NCBI GenBank assembly: GCA_965197905.1
Contig: CBDAOB010000003.1
Location: 640,001-704,000 of the forward strand
From: Candidatus Latescibacterota bacterium
Lineage (GTDB): Bacteria > Latescibacterota > UBA2968 > UBA8231
Direction of reading: 5' to 3'
Length of the DNA stretch: 64,000 bases
The notes under the pieces: generated by a model
What the model was told of the DNA's origin: nothing
Database searches by the model: none
The model's input: the letters and a program-made list of their open reading frames with translations, nothing else
Shown here: one piece after another, positions 11,955 to 20,977 of the stretch
Layout of the letters: each line of letters begins with the position of its first letter
How positions within the stretch are numbered: the first letter of the stretch is position 1
Program-made: the position numbers and the translations under genes

Positions 11955-14147
11955 ATGGGCAAAATTCTCAACCTATTCGGCCTTACGACGCGCGAAGAGC
12001 TGCAAGCGGCGATCAAGCGGAAAAACCGCTGGCATCGACTGGTTCGGGACGTTTTTGCGCGGTATTACGTGAAGTTCCGGGAAAGCGATCTCGGCCACAT
12101 GCCCGAGCTCCCGGTCAAGTACTCGTCCGAGTGGGAGGAGGAGATCAGGCAGGAGATCTCTGAGTTTCACGGCCTCGACCTGGAATCGGTGGGCGAAGTC
12201 CTGGAGGCGTGCGGTTTCGGCACGGAACGCTGGGAGAGGCTCAAAGATGCCGGGGTTGCCGGTCTCGACACCCTCATAGACGAGCACATTTCGAATCTAG
12301 GCACCGTCTCCCCCGAGCGCGTGGAGGAGCTACTCAGTGAAGAGTTGCTGCTGCTTCTCCAACGCCGGCCCCACTTGCTGCAACAGTTCGCAGAACGCTT
12401 CGACGAAAAATCCGGACGCTACAATCCCACCGAAGATGAAATGCGAGAGAGTCAGGCCTACCTAGATCTCGAGCAAAAAATCAACGATGCGCAGATGGAA
12501 CTGCGGAAGTTCCGCAGCGGTGGACGGCGCGCGGTAGACCAGCTCAAGGTGTACGAAAAACAGATCGAAGCGCTAAAAAGCGAGCTATTCATGCGCCGCA
12601 AGGAGGAAACCGGCGACGCGGATGCCGGCCTTGGCGGATTCCCCTCCCTTTCCGACCTGGGCGGAAGCTCCGAAGAGGATCTCAGCGGATTGTTTGCGGG
12701 AGGCAGCGGCCCCGGGGCTGGACTCGAGGATAGGCAGATCGGCTCCAACGGGAAGACTGGGGATCAGGACGAGCTTCGACAGCTTCAGAGCGAACTCAAG
12801 ATGCGCGAGCACACCATCGGTGAGCTGCAGGAAAAACTGGAAAAGCTCGAGTTTCAAATGCAGTCGTCGCAGATATTGGATGGTGTCGGATTCGCAGATT
12901 CCGCCGGGAATGGCGCTGGCGAGGTAGCCGAGGACAGTGCGGAGGATAATGACGCCGACCTCCAGGTAGAGCTCAAGAAACGCGAGCATACCATTGCCGA
13001 GCTCGAGGAGAAGGTCCAGCAGCTGGAGCTCCAGCTGCAATCCTCGAACCTGCTCGGCGCCGGCGACGCCGAGGCCGATGTCTCCGATGTACTCGATGAT
13101 ATGGAGATCAGGGAGACCGCGATTCCGGAGGTGGAGTCAGAGAAGACGGTCGAAGAAGCTCCGGCCATGAGCAACATCCAGTACCTGAACGAGCTGAGAT
13201 CCAAGGACCATGCCATTTCCGGCCTCGAAGACAAGGTGGCCAAGCTGGAGTACCAGTTACAAACATCCCAGATGATCAGCGCCGATGACGTCGAAGTGGC
13301 CGATGACCTCGATGGACAGGCGGAGCAAGTCGTGCAACTGAAGAAGACCATCCACGCCCGCGAGCACGCCATCGAAAATCTCAGGGAGGAGCTGGGTCAG
13401 CAGGCGGAGCTAAACAACGTGGCCAAGGAGTTGAGGACCGAGCTCAAGGTCAAGGACCATTCGATTCGGGATCTCAAGGATCAACTGGAGAAATTCGAAA
13501 ATCAACTGGGTGGGGCGCGGGAGAAACTGCTGGCCGAAGTCAACAAGCTAGCCTCGCTGGCTGAAGGAGATGTGCAGTTCAAGCCCTCCGCCGAACTGGA
13601 TGGAATGGACGCCAACGAGCTGCTGGATTACGCCCAGGATATCGCCGAGGATCTGGATGTGCGCAAACAATCCTTGGAAGAGGGAATACAGGGGATCGAT
13701 TCGGTCAAAAGCAGCTACGAGGAAAGCAAACAAGCGTTTGAGGCTCAACAACAGGAGATGGAACAACAGCTAGAGGAGATGCGGACCGAGCTCGAGAACT
13801 ACGCCCAGAATCAAGAGCAGAAAAGCGACGAGGATTCAGGCAGCTCGATCGAGGCGGGCGGTGAGCCGAAGGAGGGCGACGAAGAAACCGAGAATGTCAT
13901 TCAGACCCAGCGCGATCAGTTGCAGCTCCTCGCCGGTCGCATGAAGGATATGATCGCCAGCAACAAGAGCCTGCAGCACGCCAATCAGAACATGTACACC
14001 GAGTTGGAGGCTGCCATGCACAAGCTCATGCCCCTACGGCGACAGATAGAAGATCTGCAGAAGAACCGGGAAGCCCTCGAGCAGTACATCCGGGAAAAAC
14101 ACGACCGCACCTTCACCCTCAAGAAATTGCAGCGCGGCGACGCCTGA
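11955..14147 (+). CDS. Large acidic coiled-coil protein with internal repeats, function unknown
   Basis: 730-aa ORF, E/Q/L/K-rich heptads, five copies of the unit ELKxRE/KDHxIxxLxEK. Confidence 0.85.
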   Translation: MGKILNLFGLTTREELQAAIKRKNRWHRLVRDVFARYYVKFRESDLGHMPELPVKYSSEWEEEIRQEISEFHGLDLESVGEVLEACGFGTERWERLKDAGVAGLDTLIDEHISNLGTVSPERVEELLSEELLLLLQRRPHLLQQFAERFDEKSGRYNPTEDEMRESQAYLDLEQKINDAQMELRKFRSGGRRAVDQLKVYEKQIEALKSELFMRRKEETGDADAGLGGFPSLSDLGGSSEEDLSGLFAGGSGPGAGLEDRQIGSNGKTGDQDELRQLQSELKMREHTIGELQEKLEKLEFQMQSSQILDGVGFADSAGNGAGEVAEDSAEDNDADLQVELKKREHTIAELEEKVQQLELQLQSSNLLGAGDAEADVSDVLDDMEIRETAIPEVESEKTVEEAPAMSNIQYLNELRSKDHAISGLEDKVAKLEYQLQTSQMISADDVEVADDLDGQAEQVVQLKKTIHAREHAIENLREELGQQAELNNVAKELRTELKVKDHSIRDLKDQLEKFENQLGGAREKLLAEVNKLASLAEGDVQFKPSAELDGMDANELLDYAQDIAEDLDVRKQSLEEGIQGIDSVKSSYEESKQAFEAQQQEMEQQLEEMRTELENYAQNQEQKSDEDSGSSIEAGGEPKEGDEETENVIQTQRDQLQLLAGRMKDMIASNKSLQHANQNMYTELEAAMHKLMPLRRQIEDLQKNREALEQYIREKHDRTFTLKKLQRGDA

Positions 14148-14149
14148 GC

Positions 14150-14950
14150 CTAGGCCGCAACCCAATGGCGCAGCAGCGGTTTTACCTTCTCCGGGAGTTC
14201 GTCGAAAACGGAGCGAGGTAAGAGCTCTATCGCCGGCCAATCCAAGCCGCGCTCCTCAACCATGCGCGAGCGCTCGTCGGAGCCTTCGCGCCACAACTCA
14301 AGATTCAACCACCAGGGCACGTACAGCACCCGTATCATGGACCGCAGCGTTTTGGAGTCATTGACCGGGCGGGCATGCCAGACGCGGCTGTCCAGCATGA
14401 GCACGGTCCCCGGACGTCCACTGACCTGTACCTCGCCGGGGAATGGCTGCCGATTGTCGAAACCGATGTCGGCCGTCGGATTGCGAGGCTGCTTGTGGGT
14501 CCCGGGCAGAACGAGGGTTCCTCCCGTTTCGGGCGTGAACGGAGTCAACATCCAGATCGTCGTGATCATCGCACATATGTCGGGGTACGGCGCCAGAAAT
14601 CGGCCGGGGATGGACTCGTCCTGAGAAAATGGCCAGTCTGCATGCCAACGCCCGCGGTCGGCGAAGATGTCGCTGTTGTAAAGCGTCTCCATAACCCGCA
14701 GATCGGCACCGAGGAACGCTTCGCAGACCTCCATCACGCGAGCATCCGCCAAGTAGGGAGCGAAGGATTGATCGAAATTTAGAATAGCCCGGGTCTTCTT
14801 GCCCGGTTGAGATTCATCGGTGCCGAACGAATCCAGGGGCGTAGGAGCGTCCTCGATCCTTTGGTAAAGAGATTGTGCCTCATCCTCTGGAATAACATCC
14901 TCCACGAGGCACCAGCCGCTTATCCTCAGCTGATCTATCTTCGATACCAT
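14150..14950 (-). CDS. PhyH-family Fe(II)/2-oxoglutarate dioxygenase
   Basis: Start MVSKIDQ at ATG 14950 after RBS gaggagg. Motifs WHAD, GGTLVLPGTH and DSRVWH...R. Confidence 0.9.
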   Translation of the reverse strand: MVSKIDQLRISGWCLVEDVIPEDEAQSLYQRIEDAPTPLDSFGTDESQPGKKTRAILNFDQSFAPYLADARVMEVCEAFLGADLRVMETLYNSDIFADRGRWHADWPFSQDESIPGRFLAPYPDICAMITTIWMLTPFTPETGGTLVLPGTHKQPRNPTADIGFDNRQPFPGEVQVSGRPGTVLMLDSRVWHARPVNDSKTLRSMIRVLYVPWWLNLELWREGSDERSRMVEERGLDWPAIELLPRSVFDELPEKVKPLLRHWVAA

Positions 14951-14976
14951 CCCATTTCCTCCTCGACACAAGCTAT

Positions 14977-16017
14977 TTAGGGAGCAGTACTCGTGCAATC
15001 GGCCGACTCGGATTGATATGCGACGTTCGGTGGCTCCCTGAAAAAACGGCGGAACCGACGTATTCTGAAGGATACAGGCATCCCCGCCAGCTCCAGATCA
15101 ACGGTTGCACCGGCGGTGAGCCGCCGGGGAGGATCTGCGATCTGGATGTGGCCTGAGCGTACCCCGCCCGCGGGAATCATCTGCGTCGGACTTGAAGAGC
15201 CCGGCCGGACCCCTAATCGGAACTCCATCGACGACCCGGTCCGATTCTTTACGTAGTAGTAGATTTCAAAGGGCAACTCCCGTGCTACGACACACCAAGC
15301 GGTCCAGTCCATCCGGGAGACGGCAGCCACGTACCGACGACGCCAGTCGATTCTCACGTCCATCTTCACCCGGGACCGGTTCCAGCTGTAGACGAACGTA
15401 TCCGTACGGCAGCTGATTGCATTGTCGTCATCCCCCGGCTCGACTGCGAGCAAACCGTCGAATAGGTCTCCCTGCGAAAGACAGTCCTTGGCGGCGTCGT
15501 GGTGAAAAATCGCCGGGAGGAAATTCTCCAAGCGGTTCCCGAAGGGGGAAGCCCGACGAAAACCCAATCGCCGCGGTTGCGTCGGATCCACGGTTGCGCC
15601 AGAGGATGGTGTGGCCTCCAACCCTTCGAAATCGCGGTTGCAGCACCCTCGTAAAGAGGCTTTGGTCACCTGCCAGAGTGACGATGAGATCGGCCCTCCT
15701 AGAGCAATGGCTCTCATCACGCCTGTCCGACCGTCTCCGGCTTCGTCTACAACCCATGCCAATGCGCACATGTCGTCGTCGTGCCACCCGGCCCAGGCAC
15801 TGAACTGATGAAATCGAAGATTTGATTCTACCAGCCGCCAACCGGTGTCCGGCTCTCCGAAAACCCAATCTGATCGGCACAGTCGATGAAGAAACCGCTT
15901 TACTGCGGGTGCATCCTGATTCGTGAGCGCTCGAAGTCGTGTCACCAGATCGTGCTGGGGCCAAGGGTGTGCGCTTTGACAAGCAATCGCCATACCCGCC
16001 GCAGTCTGGAGAGTCAC
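14977..16017 (-). CDS. Hypothetical protein
   Basis: 346-aa ORF filling the gap between two clear genes. No motif recognised and the start is uncertain. Confidence 0.45.
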   Translation of the reverse strand: MTLQTAAGMAIACQSAHPWPQHDLVTRLRALTNQDAPAVKRFLHRLCRSDWVFGEPDTGWRLVESNLRFHQFSAWAGWHDDDMCALAWVVDEAGDGRTGVMRAIALGGPISSSLWQVTKASLRGCCNRDFEGLEATPSSGATVDPTQPRRLGFRRASPFGNRLENFLPAIFHHDAAKDCLSQGDLFDGLLAVEPGDDDNAISCRTDTFVYSWNRSRVKMDVRIDWRRRYVAAVSRMDWTAWCVVARELPFEIYYYVKNRTGSSMEFRLGVRPGSSSPTQMIPAGGVRSGHIQIADPPRRLTAGATVDLELAGMPVSFRIRRFRRFFREPPNVAYQSESADCTSTAP

Positions 16018-16099
16018 AGGTTGTAGAGGGGGCTATCGACGACCAGGGACCCTACCGTTGTCACCGGTACGACACACAGCTTCGAATCGCGAATTTAGC

Positions 16100-16128
16100 T
16101 TGCCCCCCTATTTCTTCGGCGTTACTAT
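16100..16128 (+). promoter_or_regulatory. Sigma70-type promoter of the rsbW-rsbV cluster
   Basis: TTGCCC, N17, TACTAT, about 40 nt before ATG 16171. Confidence 0.45.
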
Positions 16129-16170
16129 TCCCTCGTTGTCGGCCTCCTCGTATTCCGTGAGCAGAAGCAT

Positions 16171-16584
16171 ATGAGCAAAAAATCTACAGACGTGGATCTG
16201 GTTATTCCTATGATTCCAGAAATGGAATTGACTGCCTCTAAGACGGCGGAAGCGGTAGGAAACTTTATGCGCCTGGACGCCGACCAGATTGACGAAATAA
16301 AAATCGCCTTGATCGAAGCGTGCATTAACTCCTTCGAGCATAGTCAGAGCCAGAATCGTCGGGTCAACATCAACTTCGAGATCAGTTCCGAGCAGCTCTC
16401 GATACAGATCTCCGATGAAGGGCAGGGGTTCGATCTCGACAAGGTTCGCACTGAGATCAAGGATCGTCGCGATCGGAATGAGAAGCGGGGTTGGGGTCTG
16501 AAGATCATGCAGGAGTTGATGGATGAGGTGCGCGTCGAATCGGGCGACAACGGCACCACCATCACCATGGTCAAGTACCGGTAG
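16171..16584 (+). CDS. rsbW: Anti-sigma factor / Ser kinase (RsbW/SpoIIAB family, HATPase_c_2)
   Basis: Motifs IALIEACINSFEH, ISDEGQGFD, RGWGLKIMQELMDEV and GTTITMVK. Confidence 0.9.
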   Translation: MSKKSTDVDLVIPMIPEMELTASKTAEAVGNFMRLDADQIDEIKIALIEACINSFEHSQSQNRRVNINFEISSEQLSIQISDEGQGFDLDKVRTEIKDRRDRNEKRGWGLKIMQELMDEVRVESGDNGTTITMVKYR

Positions 16585-16670
16585 CACATGGCAGGCGGGT
16601 ACACCCATGTTGCGACGCCGCGAATGTCCCGTTTTCGAGGATTAAAAATCAGAAGCAGGAGCGCATAGTA

Positions 16671-17021
16671 ATGGCAGAGAACACCGATGTGAGAGGCCGC
16701 CACGAGAGTGGGTTGGGCGTCGTCGATGTCGTCGGTTACATCAATAACGTCGGCGGAGAAAAGGTCGTACAAACCTGTGATGAACTCGCTACTCAGGGTG
16801 TCTCGAGCTTTATCCTCAATCTCGATGGCTGTACCATCGTCAACAGTATTGGAGTTTCTTTCCTGATCGAGCTTGTGGAGAAGGTGAAAGACGACAGCGG
16901 GCGGCTGGCGTTTTGTTGCGTTTCACCCACCATCGCCAAAACGTTCAGGATAATGGGGCTTCTGCAAAACTCCACGGTGCACGAAACCGAAGCGGAGGCA
17001 CTCGAGTCGCTCAAGGGGTGA
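16671..17021 (+). CDS. rsbV: Anti-anti-sigma factor (STAS; RsbV/SpoIIAA family)
   Basis: ILNLDGCTIVNSIG (phosphoacceptor Ser position) and FRIMGL. Adjacent to rsbW. Confidence 0.88.
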   Translation: MAENTDVRGRHESGLGVVDVVGYINNVGGEKVVQTCDELATQGVSSFILNLDGCTIVNSIGVSFLIELVEKVKDDSGRLAFCCVSPTIAKTFRIMGLLQNSTVHETEAEALESLKG

Positions 17022-17022
17022 T

Positions 17023-17955
17023 ATGGCGTCTACCTCGAGCAAATCGCTGGTTCAGGTCCTCAAGAAAATACCCCTATTCAACGGCCTTTCACCTTCTCAG
17101 CTGCAAAAGATTCTGACGTTCTGCGCCACGCGTAGCTATTCACCCGAAGAAGTCATGTGTGAGGTCGGCTCGCACAGCGAAGAGATGTTCGTTCTCTTGA
17201 GCGGCACCCTGTCGATCGTTACCCGCGAGGGGTTGCAGGTCGCTACGCTAAAACCGGTGACGACCGTAGGTGAGGTAGGAGTGATCACACGGCAACCTCG
17301 CTCCGCCACGGTGGGTGTGATCGAAAAGTGCAATACCCTCATCCTCAAGCGAGGCCAGTTCGAGCATCTTCTGCGGGACAATCAGGACATTCAAGTCGTA
17401 GTCTATCGCAACATTATCGATATACTTGGGCGGCGTCTGATAAACGACAACGTTCGCATGCGCGACTACCTACTCGAAAAAACCAGATTCGAGTCACAAA
17501 TACGGGAGGAGCGGCGCCGGACCTCAGCTGCCATACGCTTGTTGATGGAGCGTGCGGCGATGGAGAAGGACCAGGCAGAAGCGCAAATCACTGCCGTAGC
17601 GGAAAAGGAGATTCCGACCATCCTCGTGGTGGACGACGAAGTCAATGTGCGCAAGGTGATCAAGCGGATCCTGGCCGATTTTTTCAGCGTCCTCGAAGCA
17701 GGAAATGGGGAAGAAGCTCTGAGCGTGATCGAAGAGCAGCAGCCCGATCTAGTTATCACCGACATAAAGATGCCGCAGATGGATGGTCTGGTGCTGCTCG
17801 ACAATATGCGCGATCGATTCCCGAACATTCCCGTCCTCGCCATCTCGGGTTATTTCGACGATGAAGAGATTGAGGGCAAGGGATTCAACGGCTTTCTGCA
17901 CAAACCTCTGCAGATGGACGAGCTGAGGGGGCTGGTCGACGAGAATCTCAACTAA
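17023..17955 (+). CDS. cNMP-binding domain fused to a C-terminal receiver domain
   Basis: IPLFNGL...GEVGVITRQPRSATV (cNMP fold). ILVVDDE...ITDIKMPQMDG...KP (REC). Confidence 0.9.
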   Translation: MASTSSKSLVQVLKKIPLFNGLSPSQLQKILTFCATRSYSPEEVMCEVGSHSEEMFVLLSGTLSIVTREGLQVATLKPVTTVGEVGVITRQPRSATVGVIEKCNTLILKRGQFEHLLRDNQDIQVVVYRNIIDILGRRLINDNVRMRDYLLEKTRFESQIREERRRTSAAIRLLMERAAMEKDQAEAQITAVAEKEIPTILVVDDEVNVRKVIKRILADFFSVLEAGNGEEALSVIEEQQPDLVITDIKMPQMDGLVLLDNMRDRFPNIPVLAISGYFDDEEIEGKGFNGFLHKPLQMDELRGLVDENLN

Positions 17956-17991
17956 GCACACCGTGGACTTTTGGGAAATTTTGGAGGATCG

Positions 17992-19293
17992 ATGTCCCCG
18001 CACACAGACGGGAGCGCTGCCAATGAGGAGCTGACAGAGCTCAGGCGCCAGTTGACCGAGAAGGTGCAGCTGCTGGAATTCGGCCGCCAAATCGGCCAGA
18101 TCGCTCTGGCCTCCGCCGACGTGGATGAGGTGCTGGACAGCTTGGCACGGCAGGTCATCGAAACCGGGTTGTTCGACGTCCTGATGATCGCGCTGGTCGA
18201 CGTCAAAGCTGATAGGGTGGTCCCGGTCAGGTCCTGGATGCGTGACCAGAACGGGGACTCGGACCGAGCTTCCGTCTCTGCACTAAACGAATTGACCAGT
18301 CCGCCGCTCCTGGTCGATTTGGCCCGCACTGGCGAACTCCAGATCATCGAGAATTGGGACGGACCCCGGCACGGCGTGCCGCTTGGCCCCAATCCCTCCG
18401 AAGCCGACCAGGTGGCCTATTTCATTCCGGTGAAGCAGGGAGATCGGGTATTGGCTTTACTTGGAACCACCAGTCCGGCGGCGCAAAAAGCCGATGTGCT
18501 GCGCCGCGTCGAAGCGGTTCAACCAGTTCTTTCCCATATCGCCGTAGCCCTGGAACACGCCCGCCTCTACGGGGAGGTGCAGGCGCACACCACCGAGCTA
18601 GAAGTGGTCAATTGGCAGCTGCAAAGCGAAATCCTCGAGCGCCAACGTTCCGAAGAGCTCATTCAGGCGGCACTCGCAGAGAAAGAGGTCCTGCTCAAGG
18701 AGGTTCACCACCGGGTGAAGAACAACCTCCAGGTCATTTGCAGCATGCTCGATCTCCAAACGGAGTACATGAAGGACCGGCAGCCCCATGAGATTCTGCG
18801 GGACACCAAGAATCGGATTCGCGCCATGGGTTTGATTCACGAGAATCTCTACGGCACCCCCGACCTCGAGCTCATAAACTGCGAGGATTACATCCGCAAC
18901 TTGGTGATGAACCTCTTCGTCTCCCACGGCGCCACCCCGGATTCGGTGGTGGCCCGGTTCCACATCGACGTCGAGGGACTCGACGTGGACACCGCAGTTC
19001 CTTGCGGGCTCATCGTCAACGAGCTGGTTACTAACTCGCTGAAGTACGCTTTCTCTTCGGGGAAGGGTGAGATTCTCGTCGAGCTCCGCCGTCAACAGGA
19101 GGGTCGGTTCGGTCTGATGGTCAGCGACGATGGCGAGGGCTTTCCGCCGAAACTGGACCCGGCAACCAGCGAGTCCCTGGGGCTCAAGCTGGTAACGAGC
19201 CTGGGCAAACAGCTGGGCGGCGCTGTCACGTTCGAGACCATCAGTGGAGCCCGGACTCGAATCGACGGGATGAGCTCGAAGGCTGTCAGCTGA
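17992..19293 (+). CDS. Cytoplasmic GAF + HisKA_2-type sensor histidine kinase
   Basis: ATG 17992 follows ggagga. Motifs EVHHRVKNNLQ, GLIVNELVTNSLKYAF, DDGEGF and SLGLKLV. Confidence 0.92.
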   Translation: MSPHTDGSAANEELTELRRQLTEKVQLLEFGRQIGQIALASADVDEVLDSLARQVIETGLFDVLMIALVDVKADRVVPVRSWMRDQNGDSDRASVSALNELTSPPLLVDLARTGELQIIENWDGPRHGVPLGPNPSEADQVAYFIPVKQGDRVLALLGTTSPAAQKADVLRRVEAVQPVLSHIAVALEHARLYGEVQAHTTELEVVNWQLQSEILERQRSEELIQAALAEKEVLLKEVHHRVKNNLQVICSMLDLQTEYMKDRQPHEILRDTKNRIRAMGLIHENLYGTPDLELINCEDYIRNLVMNLFVSHGATPDSVVARFHIDVEGLDVDTAVPCGLIVNELVTNSLKYAFSSGKGEILVELRRQQEGRFGLMVSDDGEGFPPKLDPATSESLGLKLVTSLGKQLGGAVTFETISGARTRIDGMSSKAVS

Positions 19294-19316
19294 CGCGGCT
19301 TGCGCCCAAACCACCT

Positions 19317-19538
19317 TTGGAAAAGATTAGAAGTGTCGTGCCCGCCCGGAACAACACCGAGCTATCCGACTCTAAACTCAACGAGAGCGTGGGCCAATGT
19401 TTTGCCTGTCGCCACGTCCGCCGAATTCAGTCGCAGCGAGGAAGTTCGTTCTTCCTCTGCCGCCGATCGCTTACCGATGCCAACTATCCGAGATACCCTA
19501 TCCTGCCCGTAGCCGATTGCGCCGGGTTCGAGGAGTAG
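19317..19538 (+). CDS. Small Cys-rich, probably metal-binding protein
   Basis: CFACRH...RGSSFFLC...YPRYPILPVADC (four Cys). The start is uncertain. Confidence 0.65.
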   Translation: MEKIRSVVPARNNTELSDSKLNESVGQCFACRHVRRIQSQRGSSFFLCRRSLTDANYPRYPILPVADCAGFEE

Positions 19539-19601
19539 CCCGACATGAAAATGCGCCCGGGTTGGTAACACAGCCAGCGCGCAAACCTCGGGAGCGCGTC
19601 A

Positions 19602-19925
19602 ATGGGTAACAGACTGTTGGCGATGGCCGCGATTCTCGTGGTGGTATTGGGGGGGTTGTGGTTCGCCCACCAGGCGTTCATGACGCGCCATTGGGAAGAG
19701 TTCAACGCGGCAGGCGACCGCGCATTCGGCAGGCAAAACTATCCCTACGCCGAGAAGATGTATCGCGAGGCACTGCAACGCGCCGAGGCACTGGACCCGC
19801 AGGACGCCCGGGTCGTCAAGAGCCTGACCGCCCTCCACCGTCTTTACAAAGCGCAGGGGAAAACGCTGCAGGCCGACAGCCTGCTCGCCCGCGCCAGGGC
19901 TCTTCGCGCCAGCAGAAAACGCTAG
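19602..19925 (+). CDS. Small membrane-anchored TPR protein
   Basis: N-terminal TM helix followed by TPR-like AEKMYREAL...SLTALHRLYKAQG. Confidence 0.8.
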   Translation: MGNRLLAMAAILVVVLGGLWFAHQAFMTRHWEEFNAAGDRAFGRQNYPYAEKMYREALQRAEALDPQDARVVKSLTALHRLYKAQGKTLQADSLLARARALRASRKR

Positions 19926-19930
19926 GGACC

Positions 19931-20661
19931 CTAGCGTTTTTTCAGCTGCGCTCCCAGCTCCGCGATCATGCTCATGGATTCCGCCCGGGCTGCTGCCAGT
20001 CCAGGGGAGGTCGGTGAGTCACCGCGAACAAAGTCAAGGATCACCTGTTCGGCCGCCACGAAATCGGCGCACGCATGGGCCACCTCCGAGCCGATGCCGT
20101 TGGGTATCACGGTTACACCGTTGCAGTCTCCGTGCAGCAGGTCGCCTGGAAAAACGATGATTCCCCCAACGGCCACGGGTACGGCCAGGTCGACGATGTG
20201 GGCATATCCATGTGAGCAGATAGCCCCGTCGCTGAAGGCCGGAAAACCCATCTCTCTGACCTGATCTAGATCTCGTGCGGCACCGCTGGTGATCAATCCG
20301 ACAGCTCCGAAGGCCATATAACAGCTGCACATCACGTCACCGAAAGTCGCAGCCACGGAGGGAACATCCATATCCTGAACTACCACGACGGGGGGGCCGT
20401 TGACCTTGGAAAAAGCGTCCACCTGCCTGTCCAAACCGGCGTGCACGTCGCCGTCCCGAGCCGGAACAGCCCCGCGGTAGGTGGACGTGGCGGCGTAGCC
20501 GACCATGGGGGCATCTCGGGGAAGCAGGATTTTATGCGGGCGTCCATATAACCCACGTTACGGGGTTGAAGCTCGAAGAGTTCAACTACGTTGCAGATCG
20601 TCGGCGTATCGTATTTGCGCAGCAAATCCAGGTCTGCCGCAGATAAACCTTTGTCAGTCAT
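19931..20661 (-). CDS. RraA/HMG-aldolase family protein, frameshifted at G-run 20507-20511
   Basis: MTDKG...YDTPTICNVVE...CFPEMP (from ATG 20661) continues as MVGYAAT...GAARD...PGDLLHGDCNGV in another frame. One missing C on the coding strand would restore MPPMVG. Confidence 0.85.
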
Positions 20662-20828
20662 TCGGTGCTCGTTTCCTGGTCGGTGGATTGTAGTTGGCAA
20701 GTCGAGGCGAGTGCAAGATAGTTCGGCTCAATTGCACTGTCAAAACGGATTGCTTGCACGGTGGATTGGCTCGCGTATCTTGATATCGAGTACACGAATG
20801 CGCAGGTCCTAACCAAAATCGGGTGACT

Positions 20829-20972
20829 GTGCTCGACCTGTTCGACAGCTCGAAATTCTCCGCTCTGTTCGGCGTTGTGGTGGCTTGCTACATATTGCGT
20901 GACGTGGTGCGGCTGATCGACACGCTCGTGCGCGAGGCACTCGGACTCAGACCGAAGAAGGCGGGGAACTGA
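20829..20972 (+). CDS. Unannotated 47-aa small membrane protein
   Basis: Manual translation GTG...TGA gives MLDLFDSSKFSALFGVVVACYILRDVVRLIDTLVREALGLRPKKAGN. GC3-rich codons, one hydrophobic segment, ends 5 nt before the next ATG. Confidence 0.55.
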   Translation: MLDLFDSSKFSALFGVVVACYILRDVVRLIDTLVREALGLRPKKAGN

Positions 20973-20977
20973 AGCCG

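Noticed and set aside
11955..14147. SMC/SbcC ATPase
   Set aside because: No Walker A/B, signature or hinge motifs.
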